Shown one piece after another: positions 40,601 to 52,064 of a stretch of DNA of 64,000 nt. The notes beneath the pieces are model-generated. The model saw only the letters and a list, made by a program, of their open reading frames with translations. It was not told the origin of the DNA and ran no database searches. The stretch spans positions 3,038,001 through 3,102,000 of the forward strand of contig NC_135259.1 in assembly GCF_964204865.1 (NCBI RefSeq). Direction: 5' to 3'. Source of the DNA: Styela clava. Its lineage: Eukaryota. The position numbers and the translations under genes are program-made. Position 1 is the stretch's first letter, and every line of letters starts with the position of its first letter.

Positions 40601-43418
40601 TGAAATTATATTGAGAAATATTACACAAAGTTTATCTCAAATGTCCACCTATCCGACCACCTAAGTGGGGCATACAAAAATTGAAATGAAAATTCTGAAA
40701 TAATACAAAATATATATCTCAAATGTCCGCATATCCGACCACCTAAGTATGGCATACAACTATTGAAACAAAATTCTGGAATCGTATTGAGAAATATTAC
40801 ACAAAATATATCTCACACACTTATTAAGTGTGTGAAATTTAACTGAAATACGAAATTTCGAATACTAATCATATTTTGATGTTGTGGAAAATTGCTAAAA
40901 TTTATCTCTATTGTTCACCTATCCGATAACTTGAGAGTGACAAATATTATAAAACAAAATTTTGAAACCATATTGAAAAACAAAACAGAAAATAAATCGC
41001 AAATCGTCATCTTCTCAGCTACGTAAGTGTGTCATGTAAATGCAAAATGATATTTTGGAATGGCAATAATATTGAGAAGCATTCAAAAAAAATTTCAACC
41101 ATCCGACCATTTCAGAAGGTATGTAATTAAAACACGAAATTATGAAAAAAATATCGAGAAACATTACACACAACATATCTCAAATGTTCAATAAAGTGAC
41201 GTTTTCAGTGGGGCCTATAAATGCAAAACGAAATTTTGCCATGTCAACTAAAATGAGAAACATTACACCAATTATAACTCAAATGTCTGCCTATCAGGGC
41301 GCCTAAGTATAGCAGTGATTATACAGTCAACTATACAAGCGATCAAAATGAAATTATTGAACCTCTATATCAATTTAGAATCTTTGCACAATTTATTTAA
41401 AATTTTTGCACCAACTCGGAATACAAAAACATGATTGTTATTTTGAATTTATAATTAAATAGTGAAAATGTATGCTAAGTATGTATACGAATGTGGATAT
41501 GCCCACTGGATTAAGTTGTTGAGTAGAGACATAATTATGCTCACTGCCGGTTCATCTTTATGAATTATACAGAGATGTCTTAAAGCTTTACAATAAACTT
41601 CTCGCAAGATATACAAAGCCGTGCAATTATTTTTCTTTTCGTCGTTTCTTTTCTGGTTCGCGTTTGTTTAGAAGCTTTTTTTTTTGAATTGATTCACAGC
41701 CTTTTTCTTTTCCATATATATGGTTTTCTTTGAAATCACTTACATTGCTTATTGAAAGTGATTCTGAAGATGGTGCGGTATAGTCTGTTGACTTATCTGA
41801 AACTTTGGTCAAAAATACATGCATAAGCCACAAAACATCATCACAGTGTTTTAGTCCAATTCAAAATTACGCTACTCTTGATTGATCGAACAAACGAAAT
41901 GTTTGAAACTGGGAATTGCATTATTACTCAAATAAACCAGAGTTTCTAAACGGTGCACTACAATTATTCGTAGATAGCTGCGCTATTTGTGATGGGCTAC
42001 AAGTGATATTATGATTTGATTTATTATCATTCATTGGTATCAATTTAAGATACCGTATTTAATAAAAAACTAGCATAGCAAACTCATTTAGTCACCTCCT
42101 GGCACAGCTTTCTCTGAATCACTACCCGCATTTCCGTCTGCCAAGTTCTGAAACGTAGGCCATCTCGTTGGAGAGTCACCTACATGTGAACAAAAAATAC
42201 AGCCCAGTAAATAACTAGATGAAGATGGTAAAATAACACAGGGATATGTGCCAAATCACAAAACAAAATTGCTAGCAATGCAATTCTTCAAAACTGTTTT
42301 CCGAAGATAAAATATTCTAATCTAATATGAAGCGGTGTATTAGATATTTTTATTTACACCAAACTATACAAACATCTACTGAGTGGCGTCAACCACTCGC
42401 TTCTCGTATATCCTTCTGTTTCGAGAAAAAATTGAATTCATTGAATTTTCACAATCTTTGTTTGTATTTTTATCTGGATTTAGAAATCCTTCTGAATTAC
42501 ACACTCTTACAAACGCAAACCCAGTCGTGGCACTATTTTGATGGTCAGATTAGGACTACGACCAGTAAAAGCATAACAGTATCAGTAGTCTATATTTTGA
42601 TAATCTGGATTACGTGAAAAATCTCAACACCAAAAATATAGTAACCCTAATATTAAAAATCGTTATGACTAATCACCTTATCCGATGAGTGATGATTTCC
42701 AGCAGCATTCCTCGTGACCATGAAAACCTTGTTTCAAGTTATTATGACTCGACTCCAACTCACTGGGTAACTAATAACACCTGACACAAAAGACTTGCAT
42801 CTCTTCTCCAAACACAACTGTTCTATTTTATCTAAATTTCTGCAATCACGCACTCATGAAGATCCCAATCCCCTCACGGCGTCCAGGTTACTTGCGAACA
42901 AAACGGCAAACGTGGTAAAGTTCTCGGCGAACCCGACAGTTTTACTATGCGTCACAAAGCCTCTTTAGTACGGAGTTGTGAATTGAGGTCCTTTTCAGTT
43001 TATTGAGCTTATATTGCAAAAAATCAGAATGGACGATCTTCATGTTCTGCCTGGTTATTGTATCAAAATTATCAAACCTATTCTCCAAAAATCGTAAAAA
43101 CATATACCGAAAAATTAAAAGATTTTTGCATAAACAAAATGTCCACTTTATGTACGAAAATTAAACCCGTTGATTATAAACCAGCAGCACCATTGTCCCC
43201 TTAAAGTTGGCGAAAATGTGCAGATATTTGAAAAATATTAAAGGAACATATTATTTTTGATACTGTTTTATGAGAGAAAAAGAGATTTCAGCAAAATATC
43301 GCAAAACTTTTTAATTACGGAACGTGGAATAATTAAGCGGACAGGAAAATGTCTACCCAATTTTTCCGTCTACATAACTGTCGCTTTTTTAGCGCGGTAT
43401 GTCTACTTAACTACCGTA
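37659..43418. mobile_element. Putative ~5.8-kb TIR element between (TA)n tracts that carries the 95-bp satellite
   Basis: TACGGTAGTTAA ... TTAACTACCGTA. GTCC(G/A)CTTAA-type subterminal repeats occur at both ends, with TA microsatellites just outside both termini. Confidence 0.6.
38800..40815. repeat. Tandem satellite, 95-bp unit, about 21 copies. Decayed units extend to about 38150 and 41320.
   Basis: TCTCAAATGTCCACCTATCCGGCCACCTAAGTGTGGCATACAAG... recurs at 39681, 39776 and 39871 (period 95). Confidence 0.97.
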
Positions 43419-43859
43419 TTAGATATATATATATATGTATATATATCTATATATATATATATAGTTCCACAATTAAATTGATATAATCTAAGTTATAGTA
43501 AATGACAATACACTGAAAACTTTGATGCATGTATACAATGGCACTTAAACTACTTCGATAGCTAAATAATATTGACCAGTTCTTGAATTTGGGCAAGTAT
43601 TACGTGATCAGCCTTTTTTCTTGCGACGTAAACATTCTCATAAAAGCTTGCTGACGGAGAATTCTTTGGCTACGACCTCCAAATTTTCCATGGTAGGGAC
43701 TTTTGTTGAAGATGCCTAAGAATCCCAATACCGCTAGGCGCTACTAACAAGCATTTTGTCAATGCGCTTGCACAAACAAAGTTATTCACAATATTCGTTT
43801 TCTTGTATATGATTACCATACTTTCTGCCATGAGAAAAAAGTTGATCAGGCCATTTATC

Positions 43860-43990
43860 AAAACATGCCATTCCAATGGGTCATTGGGCTCAACGCGAAT
43901 GGAAAAACGTGATGCAAGTTCAACATCGAGAATCGACAAAGAAAAAATTAAAACAACAGTTATTTGTTCAGAAAACACTATGTCTATGAT
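43860..43990 (+). pseudogene. Duplicated 3' fragment of the fukutin-like CDS (duplication copy B)
   Basis: Translates HAIPMGHWAQREWKNVMQVQHRES versus HAIPMGHWTQHEWKSVMQVHHRES at 32645-32716. It is followed by the homologous 3' flank. Confidence 0.9.
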
Positions 43991-44142
43991 CATGTGACAT
44001 GTGAATTATCTCTAGTATGGTTCTTAGAACTTAATTTATATATATACCTTGAAACATGGTTTGGTATTCATTAACTTGGCCTCGATAATGCCTATTTCAA
44101 AAAATAAAGTCAAACCTGGGTATTGCAAATGATAGGATATTA

Positions 44143-44329
44143 GGTTCCCGTACATTTGAACCCACGACAATTGCACCTGCATACTATTGCACCTATGGAA
44201 AAAAATTTTGTTTTGCGGATATTTGAACCCATACTAACCTAACCCATGGGTTTTAGCACCCGCATATAGATTGAACCCGCGGATATACACATGGGTTCAA
44301 ATGTACGTGGGTTCAAATGTACGGTCACC
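44143..44329. mobile_element. Mutator-like MITE
   Basis: TIR GGTTCCCGTACATTTGAACCC / GGGTTCAAATGTACGGTCACC with a 9-bp TSD AGGATATTA. The empty site is seen in the paralog at about 52454. Confidence 0.92.
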
Positions 44330-44376
44330 AGGATATTATAATAATTTTGCCAAACGATACAAGTATGTGTAATGAG

Positions 44377-45038
44377 TAGGGTTGGGAATTTCAGGGAAAA
44401 ACCTTAACCGGGTAAAATTAACCGATTAACCGTAGCGTGACGTTTCACATAATGATTTTAGCTTGTTACGTCACAAGGGTTACAAAGCTATTTCGCGTGA
44501 TCTTATCCCGGTATCGCTTAAAATTATCCACGAATCGAGATAGTTTTGTGATCGCTCTGCTGCAAGAGATATGCAGCGTGGGTAGGACATATGGAAGTAT
44601 TTTAGTAAAACCCGATTCCGTTATTAAATGTCATTTATCTGCCAAATTTTCAGTGTTTGATGTCCAAATTCTACTTTGAGATATATAGAGAAAAACAGCA
44701 TCAACTACGCACTTGTTGGTTGACATTGAATATACGATTTTAAAATAAAACCGTGAACAATATATTTCGACCTAAAACTGATTCATATTAAATATTGTCA
44801 AATTTTCATAATCAGCAATGTTGGTACTTCAATTATTTTTCACATTTATTGGGTCCTCACCAATACAGTTAGCAATATTCTTTTGAATTAAACGCCACGG
44901 AAAAAGGATTTGAGATAACGTAATCATTTTTTAAAGAATTGTACATTATAAAGATGATTTAAACCTGAGATGTCAGTTAACGGTTAAAATAAATCGTAAC
45001 CGTTAACCATCTAAATCGGTTAACCATTCCCAGCTCTA
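44377..45038. mobile_element. hAT MITE, 662 bp, duplicated at 52501-53170
   Basis: TAGGGTTGGGAAT ... ATTCCCAGCTCTA with an 8-bp TSD GTAATGAG. The empty site is in copy A at about 32970. Confidence 0.92.
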
Positions 45039-45503
45039 GTAATGAGCATATCTAGTGGATTCCGGCTTGCAAAATCTGTATTAAAACGAATTAGTCATTG
45101 AACTTCTCTACATTTAGTCATTGTTTAGTAAATATCAAATTACTGTGATCTTTTCTGGTTAAGCTGAGATAATCGAATCAAAAACATATTGCAAGACGCA
45201 TGTTCGTCGTGCTGATTATCCTGTATAGTTAGTTGTTAGGCACTTTTTATGGCCATTTCACTCCGTAGATGCACATTTTTTCGTAACGGTTATAAAATTA
45301 ACACAAATGTTGAGAAATATTTCTGTATTATTGTTGTTGCGGTTTATGGAGTTAACATATTTTTTTTCGTTATTTTATTGCTTTACAGATAAATGCAAAT
45401 GTATTTAATATCAATTTAGCTAGGAACTAAGTAGTATAGTTGTCAGAAGGACATGGGTATGACCGGTTTGTTAGTCGTTGGGTATGAGGGAACAACCGCC
45501 TAG

Positions 45504-47918
45504 CAGTGATTCCCAAAGTGGGCGATATCGCCCCCAGGTGGGCGAAAACGATACAGAGGGGGGCGAAAAAGTCGAAGGGGGCGATGTGGGGGCGATTTCG
45601 CAAAACCTGGTTTTGTTCGGCGCATCGTGCACTTGATTACTTTATTCTGCGTGCTTTCGTAGGTATGAATCATGTGGGAAATATCATACGCGAGAGGACT
45701 CGTCTCCGCCGTAAGGCACGGCGTATCCCAGTGGTCGGCAAATTACGGCCGGAATAAAATAATCTGGCCAGGGACGATTCACTGATTGGATCTTTCCCCG
45801 ACCTTTGACCCCGGAAAATTCTTTCTATATTTTACCATTTTAAAATTTTCGGTGCTTATTTTAGGAGTGGTTTCGCGAGTTGTTGCCTGTAAAATGGGGT
45901 ATTTCAAACTATCATTCTAATTCATACCATTCAACAATCTGTTTTTTAAAATTACCGGTAAATAATTTTAGCCTAGTTTATCACAGCTATTTCTACTGTA
46001 ATTTTTGATTACTGCAATTAAACTGAAACTCCTAGGCAGACAAAGTGATCATTAAATTATTTGATTTTGATTTAATTTTCTGAAACACAACTAAAAACAA
46101 ACGAATATAGTTCAAAAAAACCGAGAAATTGAGGTAATGTTTACGACCACGCATGAAAATCTGTCTGAGCGAGAAAAGCGTCTGAGCGGATGCGAAATGG
46201 GGCATTCTTACGTTCATTTTTGCATCTTGCTGATTGGCCAATGTCACGAAGTAAACAAGGAAGTCTATGCCCGGGGAAACATCCAATATACAGACAAAAC
46301 GGCGTTTTGACGATGAATTGATTTTATTTATAATCTACGCTCAAGGAGTAAATTACATTTTTTACGTAACAGAATTTATCGTGAGACACGTTTAGACTAA
46401 ATTATATCATATCCTAACAATTTAGTGAACAGCTAGCTACTCGTTTAACGAGCCTACAATTCAATTATAATTAGACAAGTGGCAACACGCAGAAAAGTTG
46501 AGGCTGAGTGAAGGGGTTTAATATCGCAGTAAATATTCAAATATATTGCAATGCAATAAGGAAATAAAATTCATATTCTATTCGAGAGATTCATCACTGC
46601 TTAATTTTTGTAATAATGTAACTTCTTGAGGAGAATCTTTATCAAAATTTCACAAACCATGCGAAAATATTCACTAAGATGTTTGGAAGTACATATTTGT
46701 GCAAAAAACTATTTTCGAAAATGAACATTACAAAGAGCAGGCAAAGAACTAGGATTAGTGATGCCCATTTAGAAATTGTTCCTTGGCGTCGTAATGCTAT
46801 AAAGCGTGATGCAGCAACAAGACAGTGTCACATCAAATGTCATTGTAATCATTTTTTAATAAGACGACTGAGTTGAATTGTCGCAGTTTTAGCGCGCTGT
46901 TCCGTTTTTAACCTTTAAAAAATATATGCGACCCGCAAAAGACTATCAACCCTTAATTTTGTCCCGCGAGCGACATAAAATTTGCCGACCCCCGGCCGTA
47001 GCATAGTCGGTCACGGCTTTTTCCACATCCGAGTCCATGAATCTAAAGCAAATGGCTAATTAATTATAGGGATTGGTGATCGAACTGGAGGACGTGGTAG
47101 GATGAGAAATCGAGGATGAATTTTAACGAAGATCGTTATATATCATGTATTTTGGTGCAGGTCATCAGGCTATAGGGATGAATGAGATGTACGAAAATCA
47201 TTATTAGAAGTTTGGGAAAATTAACTTTGTTTTCATTATTTTAATGTGAAATGGGGTGAATTTAGGGAGTTAAATGTCATAAGGCAACTACACGGCGGTT
47301 TTTGAGGAGGTGGAACCCTGGATTCTTTCATTTCCGACCTCTTATATGGTAAAAAGGGGTTTACAGCCGTGTTACTATTGCTATCAAAACAACGAAATCG
47401 CCTTTTCATCAGTAAACGGGGTGATTTTAGATTGTGTCTGACAAAAATGTCACCAAATAATAAACGAGAATATTGGTCAGAGACCGAAGACTTATCGATC
47501 GAAAGTTAGGGGATCCCCCAAAACAGCGCTCTTACTCCATAGTGACACCTTTTGTCCCATCACTAATTAAATAATAACTCTCTAATTATACGACATAATC
47601 CATCTAAAATCAATGGGCTTCTGCTCCGACATATGATGATTGCACATGCAAAATCTGGAGCAGCTTCAATCTCGCTTTCGTGCTATATCGCGTGCATCCA
47701 ACAGACAGGCAGACAAATACCTATGAACATGCTGAACGATTAAAATCGATAAGTAATAAAACCCGCTGAAGAACACCAAACTCATCCATCTCATTAAAAA
47801 AGACTATAAAATATGATTTGTCTTCCTATTTGGTCTGTAATATATTCGTTTCTGACTTTAATTTTTTTTGTAGTGCTGGGGGGGGGGGGGGGGGGGCGAT
47901 GAAGTTTGGGAACCACTG
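45504..47918. mobile_element. Composite hAT-bounded block with a nested MITE and a GTF2IRD2/EPM2AIP1-type transposase C-terminal fragment (46679-46775)
   Basis: CAGTGATTCCCAAA ... TTTGGGAACCACTG. Internal MFGSTYLCKKLFSKMNITKSRQRTRISDAHLE matches a hAT dimerisation region. The block is absent from copy A at about 33447. Confidence 0.8.
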
Positions 47919-47966
47919 TATTAGAGTATCCTGACATACCACCTATATCGAAAAACTGGAAAATAT

Positions 47967-48139
47967 GGTTTCATTACATTTGAACCCACGACAATTGCAC
48001 CATACATGCTATTGCACCTATGGAAATTTTTTTTGTTTTACGGATATTTGAACCCATACTAACCCTTCCCCATGGGTTTTAGCACCCGCATATAGATTGA
48101 ACCCGCGGATATACACATAAGTTCAAATGTACGATCACC
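47967..48139. mobile_element. Mutator-like MITE, the same insertion as 33495 copied by the duplication
   Basis: Same flanks and the same TSD GGAAAATAT. Confidence 0.88.
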
Positions 48140-48400
48140 GGAAAATATATGTGTTCAGACTGGTGCGGCTATAAACATGGCTATATCAAGTCAAACTACG
48201 GTACCGGTTTTGATAGATGGATCCAGTTAGAGACAAAACCATTTTTCAGTTTGTGTTTCATGTATCTATGTAGAATTTTGGCTGAAAACTTCCATTAAAA
48301 ATGGTCATGGTTTTGCCACATGTATTTTTATGCGAATTTGAGGAAATCTATTCACTTGGATACCCAAGCAGCTCATATGATACAAAATCTTAATGACAAT

Positions 48401-50070
48401 TAGGGGTGGGCAAAATCGAATATTTTTTTTTGAATCGAATAGTTCGAATATTTTTAACGAATACCGAATAGTCGAATAACGAATATTTTTTTTATACACA
48501 ACAGGAGGTCTACAACGTCGGTCGATACTCCTTTGGAAGTTAATAAAGACATTGAAAAATCGGCTACAAAGCGTTTTTTTACTGGTTAATTTCGTCATAA
48601 TCGCTGATTGTTTTTGTCACCGTGACCGTTTTTGCGGCGATATATAATCTATAATACCGCCCTTTCTGTTATTTGCAAGTATTAATTCTTTCGGGTCGGC
48701 GGACATCGACGTTTATATTTCGGGTTTACCCGTGCGTTCACGTCGGCAACAGCTGTTAAAATCATTAAGGATTGATGTAAAAACCCAAATTAATATTATT
48801 CTCATTATTATCATTTGCCTTGGCTTTCATATTACTTATCAACGTTTGTAAATTTACCGTCACAATATTAAGCGAACGGTAATATTATTATCGATACCGG
48901 GATGTAGATATTTATCAGGACAATACCGTAATTAACTTTGCTATGCTTTTCTATGGTGTCTATGTTACTTTACAGATAAACCTCGCAAAACGAGGCGATT
49001 GCGTCAATCCCGAATGTTGATTTAAAATAGTGACTAAATAATTCGACAATAAAGGCATTTCTGCGTGGCCATATGACGAGATGACGTTAATAAACAGCGC
49101 TTCTTGAATAATAATTTACATATGCGACCTAATGCTGAAAAAAATTGCGCTTTTTTACTTTTGTGCCTAGTAGATGGCCAGGCGCTAATTATAACTCTTC
49201 CAAGTTCCGACGTTTTCTTTCAACAAACCGCGCGATCATTATAGCTACGGTAATATCGTTACCGAGTAATTCACAATTTTATTTACGGAATTTGCGAATT
49301 CCCCTCTACTTCTCTTGACAATTTTGATAATGTCACGCCCTATTTATTAGTGCAAAAAGGCTCAAAATATAACGAATGTAATCATTTCCGACGATAAAAC
49401 AATTCGTAAACGAGACAGTGCGCGTTGTTACATCGAAATTCACGATTGATTTTACGCCATACTCCTGTTCACGATTTCTACACTCCACCCGCCATGCATG
49501 CCCGAGTGAAATGTTTACACTTTCGAAACATTATTTGGTCAAGAATTAAAGGGATCACTAAAGAATTATTTGAAAGTACATTAAAAGATCTATGTCCTGC
49601 CATTTCTTTTCTGGTCATAGATTGTTCGTGTTATACTATGTATGGTTTCACGCAAAAGTTAATTCAACTTTTAATTTTCGTTAAACAAATTTATGTTTGG
49701 TTCATGCATGAAACGGCTAATCACGTGCCGCCAATCATACGGAGTTTAAAATCTGGAATAGTTATTTTAAATACCACATCTGATTTAACGTTTCTAAATT
49801 TAGGGAACGGTGTCGGTACCTCTTTGTGCAACATATGGAATTGAAATGAACGATCGAAACGCAAAGACGATTTTTCAAATTTGTCGCTTTTGTCTGTTAG
49901 CGAGCGTTGTAGGTGAATTCTCGCGCAATTCACGATCGGTTCAGAGACGTTCTGTGTCCAAGTGAAGCGACGCAGATCACGTGGTACCCGATATACGAAT
50001 AGTAAAATGCCATTCGAATAATTTAATATCCGATTCGCTATTCGTTATTCGAATATTTTGCCCAGCCCTA
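48401..50070. mobile_element. Non-autonomous hAT element, 1670 bp
   Basis: TAGGGGTGGGCAAAAT ... ATTTTGCCCAGCCCTA, CGAATA subterminal repeats, and a perfect 8-bp TSD ATGACAAT. Confidence 0.92.
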
Positions 50071-50550
50071 ATGACAATATTCTTACGCAATAGCAGATGT
50101 TGATAACCGTGGTTAATATTTGGCCCACACCCATACATCCTCGAACATGATCAGAGCAGTCAACCATGCGTATTTCAGTTCAGAACTTAACCCTTTTTAA
50201 GAGGAAGGTTAGATGGTTTTCGCCTGGAACTAAACCAGGCGATAGATGATTCAAGTCGTGTGTTACAGCCAACAAATGCGTGTCAGACAGTAACAGGAAA
50301 TTTGCTTCGTTCGTCATGCGCCAAATGTGTCTTCAATTACACGTGTATCGATCGAAGTACATGTATATAGTGTATTCCCTCTATTTATACAGTGAGATTT
50401 CAGAATATTGTTCCGAATTTTAAATAGATTTTGGGAAAGAATATTCGACTAATCCACAGCGCTGCAGTACCAATGCCTCTCAACATTAGACGGATTTTAA
50501 CGGCACTTTATTTTGTAGAAAGTAAAATATAACTACCGTATACATTTAAA

Positions 50551-51732
50551 ATGAGTAATCCCGCTCTAGTCTACTGGGACTTGAGAGGTATTTGCGAGCC
50601 TGCAAGGATGATTTTGGAGTACGGTGGCATGGAATATGAAGATAGAAGGTTAAAAATAGCAGAGGCAAAATCATGGTTTGCTGAGAAGTTCTGTTTGGGA
50701 ATGGATTTCCCAAACTTGCCGTACCTAATTGATGGAGACATAAAGCTTACCGAGAGTTGGGCAATTTACAGGTCTGTAAAAATTTTACGTAAGATGTGAG
50801 TTTACCGAAAACTCATTTCTATTTATAATATGCAGAGTAGACAAATACGCATGGTACAGAAAACAAGAGAGCTACGCCCAAATATATGGACACGTCTGTT
50901 CGCAGTACAGTACGGTTTACCGTACCGTCAGATCACAGTCTACAAATATATTCACACCAAGCGAAGCAGTACAGTAGGACACAAAATGGCATCCGATGTC
51001 CGCAGAACGTTTAATGACGTCATAGCAAACAAAAACAAATCTCACAGAGCTAACAGAAAGATTTAAAATGAATAAAAGTAATAGCCTTCTGGGAAAATTT
51101 TTTATCTTCAACCACTGAAAATTTCAAAGCAATTGGTCCAGTATTCGAAGAGAAAAGCGATTTTTTTAAAAATGATGGAGACAAATAATAATAACAATAA
51201 AAAAATTTGAAACGATCGTTATGTCCACTACGTGTCCAAAAATTTTGTCGAGTAATCATCATACTCCTTTTCCAGATATCTAGGGAAAAAGTTGAATCTA
51301 TTTCCATCATCAGATGAAAATCAACGCCAGGCAGATATGCTTCAAGGCGTCATTAATGACATCAAATCGGCATTTGCTAGAAGCATGTATAATGTTGACC
51401 TCTATGATAAAATTGATGAGATCCGTAAGAATCAGACGGCAAAGATAGATATGATGGAAAAATATTTTACAGATCGGAAATTTCTGCTCGGAGATGATTT
51501 GAGTTTCCTTGATTTTGCTTTGTACGAAACTTTTGATCATCACCGTCTTTTCTTCACTGATATTTTTGACAAATCACCCGGTATTCAACGATTCATGGAT
51601 GAATTCGAATCCATGAAACCGATCTCCGAATATTTAAAGTCTGATAGATACAAAAAATTCCCGATATATGGTCCCATGGCTACTTGGGGCGGAAAATCGG
51701 AAAATGACAGGAAACAAGTAGCGAACTTATAG
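50551..51732 (+). CDS. Glutathione S-transferase, mu-like, copy 2, 225 aa. Exons: 50551-50771, 51276-51732.
   Basis: Near-identical to copy 1 with the same splice sites, and extended by QVANL. Confidence 0.95.
50862..51240. mobile_element. ~380-bp insertion in the GST2 intron with Helentron/HINE-like architecture
   Basis: Absent from the GST1 intron. Short subterminal inverted repeat TGGACACGT (50887) / ACGTGTCCA (51230), A-rich junctions and no TSD. Confidence 0.55.
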
Positions 51733-52064
51733 CAGCTAGTTATCTTCCAATAATGTGCATAATATACAAGAAGTCTGCTCTAATACTCCGATATTTGTAA
51801 GAATTACATACTTAAAATGTTAAAAATGTCAATAAAGAGGCTAGAATAAAAGTATTTGTAACATTTTTTCCGTTAATAAAATTTACATTAAAATATATGT
51901 TGATACCGATTAGTGATCTAACTTTTACAGGGTCGATATAAAAAGCAACTTGCTGTGTTGTCGATATTTTCCATGTATATATATACGAAAATTTGAAGGT
52001 CGCATGGGATCACGAATAAAATGCGTATATGTTTAGGTTATATTGGAACTTTATTCCACAAATA

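Noticed and set aside
38800-40815. Regular repeats with an internal hairpin resembling a CRISPR array
   Set aside because: The whole 95-bp unit repeats, so there are no unique spacers. There are no cas genes and the context is eukaryotic.
43670-43997. ORFs repeated at 43670-43997 and 52043-52315, and at 44437 and 52569, suggesting a conserved small gene
   Set aside because: They are off-frame readings of the duplicated fukutin tail and of a duplicated MITE. The similarity reflects recent DNA duplication.
49425-49844. 139-aa ORF
   Set aside because: It lies inside a non-autonomous hAT element, starts at TTG and has no recognisable motif.
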